Source: Acidimicrobiales bacterium
Lineage (GTDB): Bacteria > Actinomycetota > Acidimicrobiia > Acidimicrobiales > Bog-793
Length of the DNA stretch: 64,000 nt
Assembly: GCA_049514105.1 (NCBI GenBank)
Contig: JBEKVJ010000010.1
Location: forward strand, 3,405-67,404
Direction: 5' to 3'
Under the pieces are notes generated by a model, which was given only the letters and a program-made list of their open reading frames with translations, was not told the origin of the DNA and did not search any database. The position numbers and the translations under genes are program-made. Positions 58,978 through 64,000 of the stretch are shown piece by piece (position 1 is the first letter of the stretch; each line of letters starts with the position of its first letter).

Positions 58978-60111
58978 GTGGAATGGGTCGAGACGATTGG
59001 GAAGACGGTGGAGGAAGCAGTGGAGGCGGCGCTAGAGCAGCTCGGCGTCGCCGAGAAGGATGCAGAGATCGTTGTCGTGGAGGAGCCGAAGTCCGGAATG
59101 TTCGGATTGAGGCGAAGCAGCGCTCGCATCCGGGCAAGGGTGCGCCCGGTCCAACCGCGGGCTAAAAGGCCCTCTCACCGGCCGCGCACGGGTGCAGGCA
59201 CGAGCGAGCGGGGCCATCGCCGTCAGGGCGAACGTCCTGAGAGCCCGCCGCGCAAGTCGGCGGCGAAGGCTGATGCAACCGAGCCTCGCGCCAAGCCCGC
59301 CGGCAGTGCGGCACGGTCGCAGCGCGGCCAAGCCCGCCAAGGATCTCAGAATGGCTCGAAGCTTGCTCGCTCACGGGATGGAAGCGAAAGCGACGAGCCA
59401 GTCGAAACAGCCGAATCCACGGGCAGTCGTGCCGGTGGAGCTCGGCGTCGTTCGCGGGGACGAGGACGCGGGGGTCGCGACCAGGTAACCACTGCAGGGG
59501 AGTCTTTCGTTGAGACTTCAGTCGGCGCCGGTCGCAGGACGGGATCACCTAAGGAGGCGGAAATGAGCATCGAGACTCAGCAACAGCTCGCAACCGATTT
59601 CGTCAAGGAAGTTGTGGCCCGGTTCGGGATCGAAGCCACCACGAGCTCGCGCCGGAGCGAGGACGATGGCATCTACATAACCGTCGAAGGCGAGAACCTC
59701 GGTCTACTGGTCGGTCCCAAGGGTGCGACGGTGGAGGCTTTGCAGGAACTGACGCGCACTGTTGTGCAGCGGCACACCGATGAGCACACGAGCAGGATCG
59801 TCGTCGATGTGGGCGGCTATCGCGAACGCAGGGCCGCAGCTCTGCGCCAGTTCGTAACTGAAGCGGGTGCCGATGTACTGCGCACCGGGGTACCCGAGGC
59901 GCTTGAGCCGATGTCCCCGTCGGACCGAAAGGTGGTCCATGACACCGTCAACGAGATCGAGGGACTGGAAACCACCTCCGAAGGAGTCGAGCCACGCCGC
60001 TACGTCGTGATCCGACCGACCTCGGTGACCGAGACGTCCGATGGCTCCGACGATTCCAAACCAACAGATGAGTCCGAGGACAACACGGCTGAGCCGGCGG
60101 ATCTGAGCTGA
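58978..60111 (+). CDS. Jag/KhpB-type RNA-binding protein (Jag_N, KH, R3H) with an expanded disordered linker
   Basis: GTG start 4 nt after yidC. Jag_N (WVETIGKTVEEAVEAALEQLGV), about 150 aa of Arg/Ser/Gly-rich linker, KH (LGLLVGPKGATVEALQ), R3H (SDRKVVHDTV). Confidence 0.85.
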   Translation: MEWVETIGKTVEEAVEAALEQLGVAEKDAEIVVVEEPKSGMFGLRRSSARIRARVRPVQPRAKRPSHRPRTGAGTSERGHRRQGERPESPPRKSAAKADATEPRAKPAGSAARSQRGQARQGSQNGSKLARSRDGSESDEPVETAESTGSRAGGARRRSRGRGRGGRDQVTTAGESFVETSVGAGRRTGSPKEAEMSIETQQQLATDFVKEVVARFGIEATTSSRRSEDDGIYITVEGENLGLLVGPKGATVEALQELTRTVVQRHTDEHTSRIVVDVGGYRERRAAALRQFVTEAGADVLRTGVPEALEPMSPSDRKVVHDTVNEIEGLETTSEGVEPRRYVVIRPTSVTETSDGSDDSKPTDESEDNTAEPADLS

Positions 60112-60169
60112 GCAGCATCCCACGGCAAAGATCAGACATAGGTAGCTCGAGCACGACCAGGCCGTTCCC

Positions 60170-60838
60170 GTGATCGGGGAGGGTCCCAAGCTCCGGCTCG
60201 AAGCCGTGCTTATGCAGGCGCGACAGAGATCCCTGGTCGGTGGATTACCGATTCCCACCCAGATTGCACACTCGCTCGGTTTTCTGCGGGCCTTGTCATT
60301 AGAGACGGTGGATTCTCCTGTTCTCGAGCTCGGATCTGGTGGAGGGTTGCCCGGGCTCGTCATGGCCCTGGAGGACCAGGAACTCCGCCTGATCCTCGTG
60401 GACTCAGCCCGGAGATCCGTCGAGTTCCTGCGGTGGGCCGTCGATGAGTTGGAGATCGCCTCCAGAGTCGAGATCGTTCACTCTAGGGCGGAGCAGGTCG
60501 GCAGAGACCCGCGTTATAGGGAGGGTTTCTCTGCGGTGCTCGCGAGAAGCTTCGGGCCCCCAGCTGTCACTGCAGAGTGCGCGGCACCTCTGTTGCGTGT
60601 CGGTGGCCGGCTGATCGTGTCCGAGCCGCCAGCCAAAGCAATAGGACGCGCTAGCGTCGACGCCGACCTGCCCGCGGCGGAACGGTGGCCGGCCGAAGGT
60701 TGCGCGGAGCTCGGGCTGGTACCGGAGCTGGCCTTGCGCGATCCTTTCGCCTTTGCCGTGCTGCGCCAGGTTTCCCGATGTCCCGACCGGTATCCGCGCA
60801 GGACTGGCATCCCAGCCAAACGCCCCCTGTTTTCCTGA
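60170..60838 (+). CDS. rsmG: 16S rRNA (guanine527-N7)-methyltransferase
   Basis: 222 aa. SAM motif LELGSGGGLPGLVMAL. Position between jag and parA. Confidence 0.85.
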   Translation: MIGEGPKLRLEAVLMQARQRSLVGGLPIPTQIAHSLGFLRALSLETVDSPVLELGSGGGLPGLVMALEDQELRLILVDSARRSVEFLRWAVDELEIASRVEIVHSRAEQVGRDPRYREGFSAVLARSFGPPAVTAECAAPLLRVGGRLIVSEPPAKAIGRASVDADLPAAERWPAEGCAELGLVPELALRDPFAFAVLRQVSRCPDRYPRRTGIPAKRPLFS

Positions 60839-60871
60839 CGCGACTTTTCGGCCTCCTCGCCCCGATACTGT

Positions 60872-61666
60872 ATGGCGATGTCAGAAGCAGATTTCGAACT
60901 TGTCTGCGAGATTGAACCACCGACTCGACCAGACCTCAAACACGTGAGGCACCAGATCGGAGTCCTGAGCTCGATCGCCGGCTCGTTCCTGATACCTGAC
61001 AATCACATCGGCCGGGCGACTGTTTCGAGCGTCGCTGTGGCGCATGAAGTCGAGGAAATGGGCGGCCGTTCGATCGCTTGCTTGAATGCCCGCGATCGCA
61101 ATCTGCTTGGCTTTCAGCGAGACCTGTTGACTGCGGAAGCTTACGGGGTTGACCAGTTTCTCCTCGTGCGCGGGGATGATCCCCGTGTTGGGGGTCGCAC
61201 GAGTGAGTTAACGGTCCAGACCATGCTGCGCGAGGCTCGAACCTTCGACCAAACGACCGAGCGCCCTGGAGGCCGAAAGCTGCGTCTTGGTGCGGTGGCG
61301 GGACTCGGCCCGCTGCCAGACTGGAAGCATGAGGTCGACTTCCTCTTCTTGCAGGTGAGCTTCTCGATCGAGGCACTCGTTCGTTGGCGTGAACGAGTTC
61401 AAGTCGATACAGACGTCTACGCAGGGGTCATTGTCTTGGCCAGCTCAGGCATGGCTCGCGGGCTAGCAAGCACGATCCCCGCGATAGACATTCCCAGCCA
61501 ACTCGTCAACCAGGTGGACAGTGACCCGCGGGCAGGGATCGAGGCTGCATGTGAGCTAGTTATGTCCATACGCGCCTCGGGAGCCTTTCAAGGCGTGCAC
61601 CTGATCCCCGTGTCACGCTATCGACCCGTAGCAGCCCGCCTCGAACAACTGCTGGGCCATGTCTGA
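60872..61666 (+). CDS. methylenetetrahydrofolate reductase-like protein (short, MetF-family fold)
   Basis: 264 aa. FELVCEIEPP (like fSfEffPP), LLVRGDDP (like LALRGD), IVLASSGMA..IPAIDIP.. (like PGImPi..iP). Inserted between rsmG and parA. Confidence 0.55.
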   Translation: MAMSEADFELVCEIEPPTRPDLKHVRHQIGVLSSIAGSFLIPDNHIGRATVSSVAVAHEVEEMGGRSIACLNARDRNLLGFQRDLLTAEAYGVDQFLLVRGDDPRVGGRTSELTVQTMLREARTFDQTTERPGGRKLRLGAVAGLGPLPDWKHEVDFLFLQVSFSIEALVRWRERVQVDTDVYAGVIVLASSGMARGLASTIPAIDIPSQLVNQVDSDPRAGIEAACELVMSIRASGAFQGVHLIPVSRYRPVAARLEQLLGHV

Positions 61667-61792
61667 TCATCGCCCCAAGCTTGAAACACCCCCAGAAAAT
61701 CAATAGTTCCGTCAAGGTGGGCGCGTTATGCTCCCGGTTGAGCCCCCAACTGCTCCTTCGACGCGATGACGTCCAGTCGTTCGGCTCGCAAA

Positions 61793-61808
61793 TGTTTCAC
61801 GTGGAACA
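61793..61808. promoter_or_regulatory. parS centromere-like site
   Basis: TGTTTCACGTGGAACA matches 15/16 of the consensus TGTTTCACGTGAAACA. It lies 20 nt upstream of the parA start. Confidence 0.8.
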
Positions 61809-61827
61809 GTCCCCTTGAACCGAAGGT

Positions 61828-62697
61828 GTGATGAACGACCCAGAGGACGAAGACCAAGACGGTGTAGCCGAGTCGGAGCCGCCGTCATCTGAGGTGGGCG
61901 TAGGAGAAGTCGGTACCAAACTTGTACGCCCGCTCCCCAGAGTGATCGCAGTCGCCAACCAAAAAGGTGGCGTTGGAAAGACGACGACGACTGTAAACCT
62001 GGGCGCTTCACTTGCAGATCTCGGATACAGGGTCTTGATCGTGGATCTCGACCCGCAAGGCAACGCTACGACCGGGCTTGGCATCGAGGCTCGTAATTTC
62101 GATCACTCGATGTATGACGTACTTCTTCGTGACGTGCCGCTTGAGGATTGCGTGGAGCCGACCAATATCAAGAACCTGTTTCTTGCCCCTGCAACAATCG
62201 ACTTGGCCGGCGCCGAGATCGAACTCGTCTCGACCTTCTCCAGGGAGTTGCGCCTGAAGCGAGTACTCGCCCCCGTCAGAGAGGACTTCGGGTACATCCT
62301 CATCGACTGTCCTCCCTCGTTAGGCCTTATCACTGTGAATGCCCTCGCGGCTGCGAGCGAGGTGCTGGTGCCGATCCAGTGTGAGTACTACGCCCTCGAG
62401 GGTCTCGGCCAGCTGCTCAGGAACGTCGAACTCGTCAGGGCCAACCTCAACCCCGAGCTCGAGGTCTCCGCCATGGTGCTAACCATGTACGACTCGAGGA
62501 CGAGATTAGCTGATCACGTCATTGCCGAGGTGAGGACACATTTCGGAGACGCCGTCTGCAAGAACGTTATTCCCCGCACAGTGCGCATCTCGGAATCACC
62601 TTCGTTCGGGGAACCGATTACCGTGCACTCGCCAACATCGAGGGGCGCCATCGCGTACCGTGAACTGGCCAAGGAGGTGAGCGGTGGCCCGGCGTAG
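61828..62697 (+). CDS. parA: chromosome partitioning ATPase ParA/Soj
   Basis: Deviant Walker A ANQKGGVGKTTT, full ParA body, acidic N-terminal extension (the start may be later). Confidence 0.92.
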   Translation: MMNDPEDEDQDGVAESEPPSSEVGVGEVGTKLVRPLPRVIAVANQKGGVGKTTTTVNLGASLADLGYRVLIVDLDPQGNATTGLGIEARNFDHSMYDVLLRDVPLEDCVEPTNIKNLFLAPATIDLAGAEIELVSTFSRELRLKRVLAPVREDFGYILIDCPPSLGLITVNALAAASEVLVPIQCEYYALEGLGQLLRNVELVRANLNPELEVSAMVLTMYDSRTRLADHVIAEVRTHFGDAVCKNVIPRTVRISESPSFGEPITVHSPTSRGAIAYRELAKEVSGGPA

Positions 62698-63610
62698 TGG
62701 TTTGGGCAAGGGACTTGGTGCACTTATCCCCTCGAGTCCGGTCACGTCGACGGGGTCCATGCTCAGGGAGCTTCCGCTTGCCCGTATCCGGCCGAACCCG
62801 TTTCAACCCCGCAACCAGTTCGGAGAGCAGGGGCTTTCGGCGCTCGTCGACTCGATCAAGGCCGTCGGCATCCTCCAGCCCGTGCTCGTTCGAGAAGTCG
62901 GTCCCGAGGAATACGAGCTGATCGCGGGTGAGCGCCGCTTTCGTGCGGCCCGGCGAGCTGGCCTCCAGTCCATTCCAGCGCTAGTACATCAGGCAGACGA
63001 CGCCATGAGCCTCGAGGAGGCCCTGGTAGAGAACTTGCACCGTGAGGACCTCAACCCTCTCGATGAAGCGGGCGCCTACCAGCAGCTGATCGAGGAGTTC
63101 AACCTGACACACGAAGAGGTTGCGCGCAGGGTGGGGCGGTCCCGGGCAGCTGTCACCAACGCTCTGCGGCTCTTCCAGCTGCCGCCGACGGTCCAGCGTT
63201 ATGTGCGTGACGGCCAGCTCAGTGCCGGGCACGCCCGGACACTGCTCGCCACACCCGATCGGATCGTGCAGGAGAGGCTGGCGGGCGAAGCGGTCCATCG
63301 AGGGCTTTCCGTTCGTACCCTCGAGGAATTAGTTCGCGAGGCAGTACGGGAAGCCCAGGCGGAAGAGGGTGCAACGGAAGCTGAGAGCCATGACGCCACG
63401 GCGGCGGGAGGCGCTGGCGCTGTTACGAGGCCTGGCCACTCACTGCGACCTCCGGGCGTACACGATCTCGAGGAGCTCCTCGAGGAGCGCCTGAACACGC
63501 GCGTCAAGGTTGACATGGGGGGGAAACGGGGCAAACTCGTCATCGAATTCGCCACCTTGGACGACCTCGAGCGGATCTACCGCGTCATCATTGGAGAGAC
63601 CTTTACCTGA
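62684..63610 (+). CDS. parB: chromosome partitioning protein ParB/Spo0J
   Basis: GLGKGLGALIP N-terminus, ParB box (LIAGERRFRAA), HTH, C-terminal dimerisation region. 14-nt overlap with parA. Confidence 0.92.
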   Translation: MARRSGLGKGLGALIPSSPVTSTGSMLRELPLARIRPNPFQPRNQFGEQGLSALVDSIKAVGILQPVLVREVGPEEYELIAGERRFRAARRAGLQSIPALVHQADDAMSLEEALVENLHREDLNPLDEAGAYQQLIEEFNLTHEEVARRVGRSRAAVTNALRLFQLPPTVQRYVRDGQLSAGHARTLLATPDRIVQERLAGEAVHRGLSVRTLEELVREAVREAQAEEGATEAESHDATAAGGAGAVTRPGHSLRPPGVHDLEELLEERLNTRVKVDMGGKRGKLVIEFATLDDLERIYRVIIGETFT

Positions 63611-63828
63611 GGTCCACAGCTGAGTGGACAAAAGGTGGAGAACCGCACTTGTCCACAACCATTTGTGACTGTGCTCACAAGTCGTAGGAAATAACTCAAA
63701 ACGCCTTTGCCCTGTTCAGAGGCACTTTAGCGGTCATTCGCGCTGGTCGAGTTTACTTTGACGTTACCTTCTCGACCTCTACTGTTGGTCCAAGTTGATC
63801 CACAACCTGTGCATGAGGTTGTGGACAC
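63610..63828. other. DnaA-box cluster with AT-rich core in the convergent parB/amidase spacer
   Basis: AGGTCCACA 63610-18; TTGTCCACT (bottom strand) 63623-31; TTCTCCACC (bottom strand) 63634-42; perfect TTGTCCACA 63649-57; TGATCCACA 63796-804; GTGTCCACA (bottom strand) 63820-28. Inverted pairs GTCCAC-N6-GTGGAC and TCCACAACC-N9-GGTTGTGGA. Confidence 0.6.
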
Positions 63829-63830
63829 TC

Positions 63831-64000
63831 TCACTCCCTGCTGATGGTCAGCCACTGCTCCAGGGCCTCTTGCACAGCGTCTGCGAGTCGCGTGGTCTTC
63901 ATTGCGACCCGATCTGGAGCGCCTAGCTCCAGCACGACAGCCGGCATGGCGGTGCGGCGCAAGATCACGTCGGCCATGCCGTGGGCGCCGGCGTTGCGCA
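63831..64000 (-). CDS. N-acetylmuramoyl-L-alanine amidase (Amidase_3, CwlM-like), C-terminal end (5' part outside window)
   Basis: Minus-strand translation ..RNAGAHGMADVILRRTAMPAVVLELGAPDRVAMKTTRLADAVQEALEQWLTISRE* has the MPAVLVELG-type C-terminal motif of Amidase_3. Stop codon at 63831-63833. The position mirrors cwlM next to parB in mycobacteria. Confidence 0.55.
   Translation of the reverse strand, partial: RNAGAHGMADVILRRTAMPAVVLELGAPDRVAMKTTRLADAVQEALEQWLTISRE

Overview
High-GC (Actinomycetota-like) chromosomal window that contains the replication-origin neighbourhood. The right third has the conserved actinobacterial core. On the minus strand: dnaA-dnaN-recF-DUF721(DciA-like)-gyrB-gyrA. 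On the plus strand: rpmH-rnpA-yidD-yidC-jag-rsmG-(MTHFR-like insert)-parA-parB. It also has a near-consensus parS upstream of parA, DnaA boxes plus an AT-rich tract in the dnaA-dnaN spacer, and a second dense DnaA-box cluster in the convergent gap after parB. The left two thirds are mostly carbohydrate and peptide catabolism: (1) xylB plus a ROK regulator, convergent with a G1PDH-like/araB/two URO-D-family operon; (2) a CE4 deacetylase fused to bulb-lectin domains, next to an ECF sigma factor and a membrane partner; (3) an IclR-controlled sugar-acid cluster (IlvD/Edd dehydratase, two SDRs, FAH hydrolase, Zn-ADH); (4) a tightly coupled Dpp-type ABC importer with an M20 peptidase and a DAP-like serine hydrolase plus GntR; (5) tRNA-Ile(GAU); (6) a second Dpp-type ABC importer with a GH20 hexosaminidase, ROK kinase, ROK repressor and PIG-L deacetylase. 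Between 19 and 24.3 kb lies a decayed accessory patch: a propeller-fragment::GT2 synthase gene broken by an in-frame TAG and a frameshift, an uncharacterised protein made of two tandem Hcp-like repeats, a GH12-like lipoprotein, and head-to-head 5'-truncated signal-peptidase and EAL-domain remnants. I saw no CRISPR array, transposase, integrase or prophage genes. All calls come from reading the sequence and the translations. No database search was run.
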